64,000 nucleotides of DNA from Candidatus Kaiserbacteria bacterium (GTDB lineage Bacteria > Patescibacteriota > Minisyncoccia > Phycocordibacterales > UBA2100): positions 188,273 to 252,272 of the forward strand of contig CP066682.1 of assembly GCA_016432285.1 (NCBI GenBank), given 5' to 3'. Under the pieces are notes generated by a model, which worked only from the letters and a program-made list of their open reading frames with translations, made no database searches and was not told the DNA's origin. Every line of letters begins with the position of its first letter. Positions within the stretch are counted from its first letter, which is position 1. Position numbers and translations under genes: made by a program. Positions 44,685 to 52,856 of the stretch are shown piece by piece.

Positions 44685-46094
44685 ATGCAGTACATTTCCA
44701 CCCGCGGTAAGGCACCGGCGAAGCGTTTCTCAGAAATTCTGCTCGAAGGACTCGCTGCGGACGGAGGTCTCTACGTACCGGAAGCGTATCCGATCGTTTC
44801 GGACGAAGAGCTCACGCACATGCGGAGCATGAGCTACCCGGAGCTCGCCTTCGCGGTGCTCTCGAAATTTGTCGACGACATTCCGGCCGACGATTTGAAG
44901 CGGATCATCGATGCCACCTACACGAAGGAGGTTTTCGGCAGCCGCGACATCGTGCCCCTCAAGAAGCTCGAGGACGGTTTGTACCTCCTCGATCTCTCGG
45001 AAGGACCGACGCTGGCCTTCAAAGACATCGCCTTGCAGTTGCTCGGGAGGCTGTTCGAGTATGCGCTTTCAAAAACCGGCGATTCGCTCAATATCCTCGG
45101 CGCCACGTCGGGCGATACCGGCTCCGCTGCGGAATATGCGATGCGCGGTAGGAGCGGCGTCAATGTCTTCATGCTCTCGCCGTGGGGGCGCATGAGCGAC
45201 TTCCAGCGCAAGCAGATGTATACGCTCCAGGACGCAAACATTTTCAACATCGCGATTCGCGGCGCCTTCGACGACTGCCAGGATGCGGTGAAAGCGGTCA
45301 ATGAGGACGCGGATTTCAAGCGAACGTATAAGCTGGGCGCGGTCAATTCGATCAATTGGGCGCGCATCGCGGCGCAGGCCGTGTACTACTTCAAGGGCTA
45401 CTTCGCCGCCACCTCGTCGAATGCGGAGATGGTTTCCTTTGCCGTGCCGAGCGGCAATTTCGGCGACGTGCTCGCGGGATATATCGCAAAGCGCATGGGA
45501 TTACCAATCGCGCGACTTCTGGTGGCCACCAACGAGAACAACGTGCTCGACGAGTTTTTCAAAACAGGCACCTACCGCCCGCGGCCAACCTCCGAAGTGG
45601 CCGTTACGTCGTCGCCCTCGATGGACATCTCCAAAGCATCGAACTTCGAGCGGTACGTCTTTGATCTCGTGAGGCGCGATGCAGCGCGCATGGCGAAGCT
45701 GTGGGGCGATCTCAAAACGAAAGGCTCGTTTACGATTTCTCCGGAGGAATTTTCGCGGATCGCCGCCGACGGTTTCGCTTCGGGATCGTCTACACACGCC
45801 GACCGCCTCGCGACCATCACATCGTTGTACGAAACATACGGCGTGCTCATCGACCCGCACACCGCGGACGGCGTCACGACCGGACAGAGACTGAAAGGGG
45901 AGGAGCCGCTGATCTGCCTCGAGACGGCGCTTCCGGCGAAGTTTGCGGCGACGATCAAGGAAGCGATCGGGAAGGAGCCGGAAGCGCCGGAGAGCTTCGC
46001 GAAACTCCTCGACCTCCCGGAGCGAGTGGAAGTGATGGACGCGGACCCTCAAAAAATCAAAGACTTCATCGCCTCCCACGCCCCACTTACCTAG
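44685..46094 (+). CDS. thrC: threonine synthase
   Basis: MQYISTRG, GLAADGGLYVP, GPTLAFKD, GATSGDTG, NSINWARI, PSGNFGD, DPHTADG. Confidence 0.96.
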   Translation: MQYISTRGKAPAKRFSEILLEGLAADGGLYVPEAYPIVSDEELTHMRSMSYPELAFAVLSKFVDDIPADDLKRIIDATYTKEVFGSRDIVPLKKLEDGLYLLDLSEGPTLAFKDIALQLLGRLFEYALSKTGDSLNILGATSGDTGSAAEYAMRGRSGVNVFMLSPWGRMSDFQRKQMYTLQDANIFNIAIRGAFDDCQDAVKAVNEDADFKRTYKLGAVNSINWARIAAQAVYYFKGYFAATSSNAEMVSFAVPSGNFGDVLAGYIAKRMGLPIARLLVATNENNVLDEFFKTGTYRPRPTSEVAVTSSPSMDISKASNFERYVFDLVRRDAARMAKLWGDLKTKGSFTISPEEFSRIAADGFASGSSTHADRLATITSLYETYGVLIDPHTADGVTTGQRLKGEEPLICLETALPAKFAATIKEAIGKEPEAPESFAKLLDLPERVEVMDADPQKIKDFIASHAPLT

Positions 46095-46109
46095 CACAGA
46101 GACCTGTCC

Positions 46110-46152
46110 TCTGGGAAATGCAGTGAGGTGTCACCTCACTGCATTTCCCAGA
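46110..46152. repeat. perfect 20-bp inverted repeat (REP-like)
   Basis: TCTGGGAAATGCAGTGAGGT-GTC-ACCTCACTGCATTTCCCAGA. Confidence 0.85.
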
Positions 46153-46157
46153 CAGGC

Positions 46158-46186
46158 TTGACGGTGAACGATCGTTCACTTAGAGT
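46158..46186 (+). promoter_or_regulatory. lexA promoter with SOS-box-like operator in spacer
   Basis: TTGACG-N17-TAGAGT; spacer contains perfect palindrome GTGAACGATCGTTCAC (GAAC-N4-GTTC). Confidence 0.8.
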
Positions 46187-46192
46187 TGAGGG

Positions 46193-46756
46193 ATGTACCA
46201 GACGTACAAAAACAAGGTCATTGCTTTTTACGAGCGTCAGCGGCGGATGCCGAGCTACGCTGAGATCATGGCGGCGACAGGTCTTCGATCGAAGAACGCC
46301 GTCTTCAAGCTCGTCGCGAAACTGATCGAGGAGGGAATCGTCCGCAAAGACGCACGTGGACGTTTGCTGCCGCACAAGATGGGATACGCCCGCCTCCTCG
46401 GTGTCGTGGAAGCCGGATTTCCTTCGGCGGCCGAGGAGGAGCTTCTCGACGTGATGGATTTCGACGAATATCTCGTGCCCAACAAAGAGTCGAGCTACAT
46501 CCTGAAGGTGAAAGGGGATTCCATGATCGAAGCGGGCATCCAGCCGGGAGACATGGTGATCGTCGAGCGGAAGGCCTCGTACAAGCCGGGGCAGATCGTG
46601 GTCGCGAGCATCGACGGCGAGTACACTATGAAGTACCTCCGCAAAAAGGGCGACTCTTATTTTTTGGAGCCGGCGAATCCGAAATACAAACCGATCTATC
46701 CGGGCGAGAGCTTTCGCGTGGAGGCAGTCGTTACCGCCGTCGTCCGCAAATACTGA
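46193..46756 (+). CDS. lexA: LexA-family repressor/S24 peptidase
   Basis: N-terminal wHTH (PSYAEI...LRSKNAV), Ala-Gly cleavage site EAGFP, VKGDSM Ser, TMK Lys. Confidence 0.88.
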   Translation: MYQTYKNKVIAFYERQRRMPSYAEIMAATGLRSKNAVFKLVAKLIEEGIVRKDARGRLLPHKMGYARLLGVVEAGFPSAAEEELLDVMDFDEYLVPNKESSYILKVKGDSMIEAGIQPGDMVIVERKASYKPGQIVVASIDGEYTMKYLRKKGDSYFLEPANPKYKPIYPGESFRVEAVVTAVVRKY

Positions 46757-46892
46757 TATGACACACGCACTTGGCGCATTTCGTCGTTGCGGGCTCCGCT
46801 GCTCCCTCAATGTACTGTTCGTACATCTCGGTTCACTCCTCGCCCGCGCCTCGAACTGCATCCAAGTGCGCGCGTCATATTGAAAGTGAGGT

Positions 46893-48197
46893 ATGTGGAA
46901 TGAGCCGCGATCCTTTCCGAGAGCGATCCTCCACATCGACGGCGATTCTTTTTTCGCTTCATGCGAGGTGGCAAGAAATCCGAAACTGCGCGGCAAACCG
47001 GTCATCACCGGCAAAGAGCGTGGGATCGTCTCGGCGTGCACCTACGAAGCGAAGCGCCGCGGCGTGAAGCGCGGCGTCTCTCTTTCCGAGGCCCTGAAGG
47101 CATGCCCCGATGCGATCGTGCTTCCTTCCGACTACGAGACCTACAGCCTCTACTCCGCGCGCATGTACGAGATCGTGCGCCGCTACACTCCTTCTGTCGA
47201 AGAGTACTCGATCGACGAATGCTTCGCGGATCTCACCGGCCTTCGCCACAGGCACCGGATGTCGTACCAGAAAATCGCGGCGGCGATACAGCGGGATCTC
47301 ACGCGCGAGCTCGACATTACTTTTAGCATCGGCCTCTCGTGCACGAAGGTGCTCTCGAAGATCGGATCGAAATGGCAGAAGCCTGCGGGGTTCACCGTGA
47401 TTCCGCTTACGGAGGCCGAGCGGTATTTGCAAAAGACACCCTGTGTGAAGGTGTGGGGGATCGGCCACAACACCGCCGCGTACCTTGAGAAATTCGGCGT
47501 GCACACGGCCCTCGACCTTGCGCGTAAAGACGAGCCCTGGGTGCGCGCGAAGCTCTCGAAGCCTTTCTTCGAGCTCTGGAGGGAACTTCGGGGCGAGGTT
47601 GTTTTCGAGCTCGATACGAAAGGGCGCGAGAGCTACCAGTCGATCCAGAAGACCAAGACCTTCACGCCGCCCTCCCGGGATCCGCAGTTCGTGTGTGCGC
47701 AGCTCTCGAAAAACGTGGAGAACGCATGCATCAAGGCGCGCCGCTGGAACCTCGCCACCTCGCACATTTTCTTTTTCCTGAAGACGCAGGATTTTCACTA
47801 CCACGGCTTTGAAATAAAACTCCCGCATTCCACCTCGGTGCCGCAGGATATGCTGCGCGAGATCTCGCGCTTTTTTCCGCACGTTTGGCAGCCCCGCACA
47901 CTCTACCGGGCGACGGGAATCACGCTCTACAAACTGCACCGCAACGACTCCACCCAGCTCGATCTTTTTGGCGCGGTGCACAAGAGCGAGGGTTTGCGGA
48001 AAGTGTACGAGAGCGTCGACGCGATCTCCGAGCGATACGGCAAACACTCGGTCTTTCTCGGATCCAGCTTTGCCGCGATGAAGTACGGCGCCCATCTGGG
48101 GACGCGTGGCGATACGCCCGAGCGCCTGAAGCACCTTTTCAAAGGCGAAACGAAGCGTCGGCACCTGCCACTTCCGGTTTTGGGAGAGGTGGGGTGA
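46893..48197 (+). CDS. dinB: Y-family DNA polymerase (DinB/UmuC-like)
   Basis: ILHIDGDSFFASCE, YEAK..GVK, YSIDECF, VWGIG. Confidence 0.9.
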   Translation: MWNEPRSFPRAILHIDGDSFFASCEVARNPKLRGKPVITGKERGIVSACTYEAKRRGVKRGVSLSEALKACPDAIVLPSDYETYSLYSARMYEIVRRYTPSVEEYSIDECFADLTGLRHRHRMSYQKIAAAIQRDLTRELDITFSIGLSCTKVLSKIGSKWQKPAGFTVIPLTEAERYLQKTPCVKVWGIGHNTAAYLEKFGVHTALDLARKDEPWVRAKLSKPFFELWRELRGEVVFELDTKGRESYQSIQKTKTFTPPSRDPQFVCAQLSKNVENACIKARRWNLATSHIFFFLKTQDFHYHGFEIKLPHSTSVPQDMLREISRFFPHVWQPRTLYRATGITLYKLHRNDSTQLDLFGAVHKSEGLRKVYESVDAISERYGKHSVFLGSSFAAMKYGAHLGTRGDTPERLKHLFKGETKRRHLPLPVLGEVG

Positions 48198-48220
48198 AAA
48201 AATCCTGCTATACTCACGGC

Positions 48221-48871
48221 ATGAGTCGAATTCTCGCGTACGTGTTTGCGGCCATCGTGGTGCTCGGGGGCGCTTACCTCCTGCTTACCAAGAGTCCTGC
48301 GCAAAACGCCGATAGTATCACCGCGCAGTCGATCGTAGAGCAAACGGCCGCGTATACGATCGACGCGAAATATCCGCAGGTCGGCAACCCCGCCATCGAC
48401 GCCGACATCGAAGCCACTGTGCGCGCGGCCGTCGAGGAGTTTAAGACGTATCCCCAGAATCCGCCGGATTCGGCCGTCCCGCAAAACGAGTTCATCGGCC
48501 TCTACGACGAGGTGTACACGGGAGCCGATGTCGTAAGCGTGGAGCTGATCTTTTCCGAGTACACGGGCGGCGCGCATCCGAATGCGGCCATCGTTGGATT
48601 AAATTACAACCCCGCCACTGGCGCGAAGGTAACACTCGACGAGGCGCTTTCCATGATCGGCCTTTCGCTGTCGCAGGTGGCCGCGAAAGCGCAAGCACAG
48701 TTTGAGACGGATCTTGCCGACGCGTACTTTCCTGAGGGGGCAGAGCCGACACTCGAAAATTACGGCACGTTTGTGGTGAGTGCCGACGCCGTCACCTTTA
48801 TCTTCCAAAACTACCAGGTCGCTCCGTACGCGGCCGGTCCGCAAGAGGTCTCCTTCTCGCGCGTGCGTTAG
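48221..48871 (+). CDS. DUF3298/DUF4163 (PdaC/RsiV-like) membrane-anchored protein
   Basis: YTGGAHPN, FQNYQVAPYAAGP. Confidence 0.8.
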   Translation: MSRILAYVFAAIVVLGGAYLLLTKSPAQNADSITAQSIVEQTAAYTIDAKYPQVGNPAIDADIEATVRAAVEEFKTYPQNPPDSAVPQNEFIGLYDEVYTGADVVSVELIFSEYTGGAHPNAAIVGLNYNPATGAKVTLDEALSMIGLSLSQVAAKAQAQFETDLADAYFPEGAEPTLENYGTFVVSADAVTFIFQNYQVAPYAAGPQEVSFSRVR

Positions 48872-49170
48872 CGCTTCAGAGAGAGTCGGTGCAGGATCCG
48901 GCACGGCTCCACGATCCGCGGGTCGACGATATTGTAAAAGGCGCTGGTGCCGCTTCGGCGTACCGTTACGAGCCCCGCATGCCGCAGGAGCGCGAGGTGC
49001 TGGGAAACGTTCGTCTTTGAAATGCCGAGCTCCTCGATGAGATCGTGCACGCCCAGCTCCTGCTCGCGGAGGAGATTCAGAATCTCCAACCGCTTCGGGT
49101 TGGCGAGCAGTTTGTAGGTCTCCGAGTTTTTCTCGTACGCGGAACGGGGGAGCGGGCGCTTGATGCTCAT
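48868..49170 (-). CDS. ArsR/SmtB-family transcriptional regulator
   Basis: LANPKRLEILNLL...NVSQHLALLRHAGLV..RRSG...FY. Confidence 0.9.
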   Translation of the reverse strand: MSIKRPLPRSAYEKNSETYKLLANPKRLEILNLLREQELGVHDLIEELGISKTNVSQHLALLRHAGLVTVRRSGTSAFYNIVDPRIVEPCRILHRLSLKR

Positions 49171-49256
49171 TGTTTCCAAAGTATGCAATCAGTGCGCCCG
49201 GCGCGCAAGCGCGCCGCTTGTCCCCACGCGGCTGCGGGTCGCATCCGCGCCTCCTG

Positions 49257-49294
49257 TACAATGAGTTGCATAGTTTCGCAATTATCTAACTATG
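49257..49294 (+). promoter_or_regulatory. promoter and inverted-repeat operator upstream of peptide 3
   Basis: TG-TACAAT at 49255-49262; CATAGTT-N12-AACTATG at 49269-49294 overlapping the ATG. Confidence 0.55.
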
Positions 49295-49570
49295 ATCTAC
49301 GTTGAGACACCGCTCCGACGCCTCCGCAGGCTCTGGCGAATTGGCGCGGGCGCGCTCCTTCTTGTGGGCGGCTTCGTATTGCTGCTGCTCGCACCGAGCG
49401 CGCGGCAAGAATCGCACACGGTGGTTTTCGACGACTCATCCATCGCATACGCCGATGCGCCATACGTGCCGCCGCCACCGGATCCGCTTCCGCCGCCGCA
49501 GGATCCGGGATGGGGGTGGTCGCAGAGTTCGGGCGACGGTGCAGGGGATGGCGGCGGCGACTGCCCGTAA
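49292..49570 (+). CDS. AYADAPY-motif peptide precursor 3 (92 aa)
   Basis: Arg-rich N-term, TM, IAYADAPYVPPPPDPLPPPQDPGWGWSQSSGDGAGDGGGDCP. Confidence 0.78.
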   Translation: MIYVETPLRRLRRLWRIGAGALLLVGGFVLLLLAPSARQESHTVVFDDSSIAYADAPYVPPPPDPLPPPQDPGWGWSQSSGDGAGDGGGDCP

Positions 49571-49577
49571 CTAACGT

Positions 49578-50771
49578 ATGGATGAATTCGAGCAGGCAGG
49601 AAAAAACAGGATCGGCGTCGTGGCCATCGCCCTCGGGATCGTTGGTTTTGCGCTCGTCGCGCTTTTTTTCTACGAGTTTGCTCTCCTGAAGCGCGACGTC
49701 GGTGATCTTGCGGGTCCGAAGCCGGTGGGCGCGATCGAGGCCGTCCAACTACAAAAGCTCTACAACCTCGCGGAGGGTGGCGACTACGCGGCCGCCAGTC
49801 GGGAGGCCGAAGAAGGGATCGCGCTGTGGAGCGAGGACACGGTGGCTGGACAGCGCGCGCGCTCCGTCAAAGTGACAGCCGATTTTTGGAGCGGGGAAAA
49901 GGAGAAGCGTCTCGATGCCGTGCGCGCGACCAAGGTGCAGCTCCAGGAGAGCCCGGGAACGCCCTACAATCAGGCGCTCTTCGTCAACCGCCTCCTCAGT
50001 TACATGACGACGGCCATGGAGCCGGAGATCATCGACGAGATTTTCAGCGGCGAGTTTGCATCCATGCGTGTGCCGGGCGACGACGTCGCCTCGCTCGGTA
50101 AGCTTGCGGAATACTCGCTCTCGAAGGACTATACGAATCTCGCCAATTTCAAAGTCGGCATCGTCCATGCGGCGGAGCTTTTCAAACACTTCGACGGCGT
50201 GAAGCAGCTCTCGTCGGCGGAACTTGCCGAGTACGTGAGCGCGATCCGCAAGGTGATTTCTGAAACCTCGTCGCACCTTGAGGAGGAAGAGCGGCGCATG
50301 TACGGTCGGCCGTACTGGGAGCTCCAGGCGCCCGCCTTCTACTACTTCCAAGGGTTCCTGCGCGCCTCGATCGCGCTCGCGTATCCAGAGTACCTCCCGA
50401 GCGCGAAAGAAGCTCTCCGCCAGGTGGAGCAGTACTACCGCGACCGTCGCACCGAAAGCGGCGGCCCCAACAAAATGATCGAGGCACGCGTCGTGTACAC
50501 CAACTTCTCGCTCGCCACCTTCATGTATGCGATCGAAGGCGAGCAGAGTAAGCCGCAGGTGCAGGCGGCACTCCAGACCATCATCGATTTGGTGGAAGCC
50601 GATCCCGAGGCGCACAAGGGCGCATTTCTCACATTCATGCGTCAAACGCTTGAGGATGGCCCCGATCAACCGAAAGGTCGCTGGTACAGCTACGGCCGGT
50701 TCGTGCAGATGGCCGACCTCTATCCGCCTTTCAAGCAATTCCTGAATTCGTACGGGTGGGATCTCGAGTAA
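49578..50771 (+). CDS. membrane-anchored alpha-helical partner protein 3 (397 aa)
   Basis: N-terminal TM; PEIIDEIFSGEF...VPGD...S..KLAEYS; MADLYPPFKQFLNSYGW. Confidence 0.8.
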   Translation: MDEFEQAGKNRIGVVAIALGIVGFALVALFFYEFALLKRDVGDLAGPKPVGAIEAVQLQKLYNLAEGGDYAAASREAEEGIALWSEDTVAGQRARSVKVTADFWSGEKEKRLDAVRATKVQLQESPGTPYNQALFVNRLLSYMTTAMEPEIIDEIFSGEFASMRVPGDDVASLGKLAEYSLSKDYTNLANFKVGIVHAAELFKHFDGVKQLSSAELAEYVSAIRKVISETSSHLEEEERRMYGRPYWELQAPAFYYFQGFLRASIALAYPEYLPSAKEALRQVEQYYRDRRTESGGPNKMIEARVVYTNFSLATFMYAIEGEQSKPQVQAALQTIIDLVEADPEAHKGAFLTFMRQTLEDGPDQPKGRWYSYGRFVQMADLYPPFKQFLNSYGWDLE

Positions 50772-50818
50772 ACGCGCTTCATCCGTATAACATCATCAGT
50801 CCTTACACTGTATTTTTA

Positions 50819-51031
50819 ATGGCGTGGCCACGCAGATCACGGATTCGCCGGTTGCGATCCCCGGTGAAGGACGAGTATGCGCCCGAGGAAGCTCGGGCCC
50901 GGGTCGCGTTTGATTCGGAGGGTAACGAAGTCGCGATGCCAAAAAAGGGCGAACGAGAGCCCCGCGTCATCACGCGTCTGCGGGAGGCCATGATCGTCGG
51001 CTGGGATGCCGCCCGCGCAAAGTCTGCCTAG
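50819..51031 (+). CDS. small hypothetical protein
   Basis: ATG 50819 preceded by TACACT; 70 aa charged ORF. Confidence 0.4.
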   Translation: MAWPRRSRIRRLRSPVKDEYAPEEARARVAFDSEGNEVAMPKKGEREPRVITRLREAMIVGWDAARAKSA

Positions 51032-51089
51032 CTTGCGCCCTCCCGTTTGCGGTGGGACACTGCCTTCATTACGAGGGTAACTTTTTTGC

Positions 51090-51587
51090 ATGGAACCTAC
51101 TTCCACAGGCAGCAACAAGTTGTATTACATTATCGGCGGTGTCGTCGCGCTTTTGGTGCTCGGCTGGCTTTTGACGCGAGGCTTTGGTGGCGCGGCGGGA
51201 GCGAATGTCGATCGCAATTTTGACGGCTCGACGACCTACTCCAATGAGGAGGGGAGCGTAACGGTGGGCGCGCAGAGCATGCCGGCCAATTGGCCGTCGG
51301 ATGCGCCGCAGAATTTCGCAGGCGCGACGATCAGCTTCTCGGGCGCGTCGAATCCGCAGACCGGACAGGCCGGTGCGGCCGTTTCGTACACCGTGCGCGC
51401 ATCCGCACAGGCGGTGATCGATTACTACCGCGGCAGCCTTACTTCAGCGGGCTGGACGATCGTGGGAAGCGCGAATGCGGGTGGCGCGACGGTGATCTCC
51501 GCCGCCAAAGACGAGCGCACCTTTGGCGTGTGGGCCACGGACAATGGCGACGGCAGCGCGACAGTGACGGCGGGCGTGGGGATGTAA
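51090..51587 (+). CDS. membrane-anchored hypothetical protein
   Basis: N-terminal TM; P.NWP.D.P motif and V.DYY...L...GW pattern. Confidence 0.7.
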   Translation: MEPTSTGSNKLYYIIGGVVALLVLGWLLTRGFGGAAGANVDRNFDGSTTYSNEEGSVTVGAQSMPANWPSDAPQNFAGATISFSGASNPQTGQAGAAVSYTVRASAQAVIDYYRGSLTSAGWTIVGSANAGGATVISAAKDERTFGVWATDNGDGSATVTAGVGM

Positions 51588-51600
51588 AAAGTTTCTACCA

Positions 51601-51628
51601 CAAAAGCCGCCCCGCAGGGCGGCTTTTG
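51601..51628. terminator. bidirectional terminator
   Basis: CAAAAGCCGCC-CCGCAG-GGCGGCTTTTG. Confidence 0.75.
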
Positions 51629-51630
51629 TA

Positions 51631-51892
51631 TGTGTGGGGGAATCGATCACAAATAATGCGCTCGCGGTCGCATCGCAGGGAATCGGTCAGGCGCTCAAAA
51701 AGTCGCCGTCGCGACTTTTCTCCGCCTGACCACGATTCCAGCAGATGGGAATCGCCCGCGCCTCTCGCGCCGCCGTCGCGGCGCTCGGGCTGGGCACCGC
51801 CTCGCTGCCTCGCGTGCTCGCTCGGCATCGCTCCGGCGTTCGATTCCCCCACGCAGAGCGCGCAGGCGCTCTGCTCACCTCCACAAAACAAA
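51631..51892. repeat. tmRNA-adjacent inverted-repeat element containing antisense copies of the tmRNA 3' end
   Basis: TGTGTGGGGGAATCGA (51631-51646) vs TCGATTCCCCCACGCA (51840-51855); CACCTCCACAAAACAAA (51876-51892) is the reverse complement of 51915-51931. Confidence 0.65.
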
Positions 51893-51923
51893 AAGCGCCT
51901 TGCGGCGCCAATTGTTTGTTTTG

Positions 51924-52321
51924 TGGAGGTGGGGGGAATCGAACCCCCGTGCAGAGAGAAACAGCATGCATGTGTCTACGGAGCGTAGATCATCTTGATC
52001 CGCCGGGTGGCGGATTTAAGCGTCGCGCATAAAAGATGAGCGAAAGCGCGCGAAACCGAGTCCAGTTTCTTAGATATCGCTCGGACAGGTCGACATCAGC
52101 GCTTGAGTGAAGTGACGTTCTGCCAATCGTAATCAAGCATCGGATTGGAGAACGGTCGCTTAGGCTATTGCGTAAGCGAACTGAAGGTCCTTCACCTGAA
52201 TCGGTGAAAGAACTCCCTGTGCTACTTTGTTCGCACTTGAGATTGTGAACGGGTTTGGAGAGACGTTCGCTCTCGCCCGCGCATGGATGTGTCGATCCCT
52301 CTGTCGAAGCCAGTCACCCCC
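51924..52321 (-). ncRNA. ssrA: tmRNA
   Basis: 5' GGGGGUGACUGGCUUCGAC, 3' GGGGGUUCGAUUCCCCCCACCUCCA; tag ORF ANKVAQGVLSPIQVKDLQFAYAIA* at 52234-52160; directly downstream of smpB. Confidence 0.95.
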
Positions 52322-52367
52322 GAAAAGCGCACTTCATTTCGCTTTTCACGAACGGCTGGATTCTCCT

Positions 52368-52811
52368 CTATTTGTTTTTCAACGAACGTTCGATCCTGCG
52401 TTTCTCCTCGCGCGCACGTATACTCTGACGCTTGTCGATCTTTTTCTTTCCACGCGCGATTGCGATCTGCAATTTCAGATTCCGGCCTTTATTATATACA
52501 CTAATCGGCACAATTGTCAACCCCTTTTCGCCCTCTGCCGAAGCCACATGCGCGATTTCTTTTTGCGAGAGGAGCAGCCGACGCGGCCGCTCCGGATCGT
52601 AGCTCTTCGGCGTGTTGCTCGCTTGCCACGGCGGGATCGTCGCGCCCACGAGGTACGCTTCGCCGCCGCGCGCGATCACGCGCGCGCCCTTGAGGGAGCC
52701 GCGCTTTGCGCGCAGCGATTTCACTTCGATACCGAGCAAATCCAAACCGGCCTCCATCTCTTCGACGATCGAGTAATCAAATCCGACACGATCGTTTCTG
52801 ACGAGCGACAT
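52368..52811 (-). CDS. smpB: SsrA-binding protein
   Basis: EAGLDLLGIEVKSLR, YDPERPRRLLL, ARGKKKIDKR. Confidence 0.95.
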   Translation of the reverse strand: MSLVRNDRVGFDYSIVEEMEAGLDLLGIEVKSLRAKRGSLKGARVIARGGEAYLVGATIPPWQASNTPKSYDPERPRRLLLSQKEIAHVASAEGEKGLTIVPISVYNKGRNLKLQIAIARGKKKIDKRQSIRAREEKRRIERSLKNK

Positions 52812-52856
52812 CGATTTACTATACCGCCAAAGGTCATTGTGTATAATGCGCTTCTT

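Noticed and set aside
51587-52321. Integrative element at tmRNA
   Set aside because: No integrase; the nearest repeats of the 3' end are inverted and only a short partial same-orientation match exists
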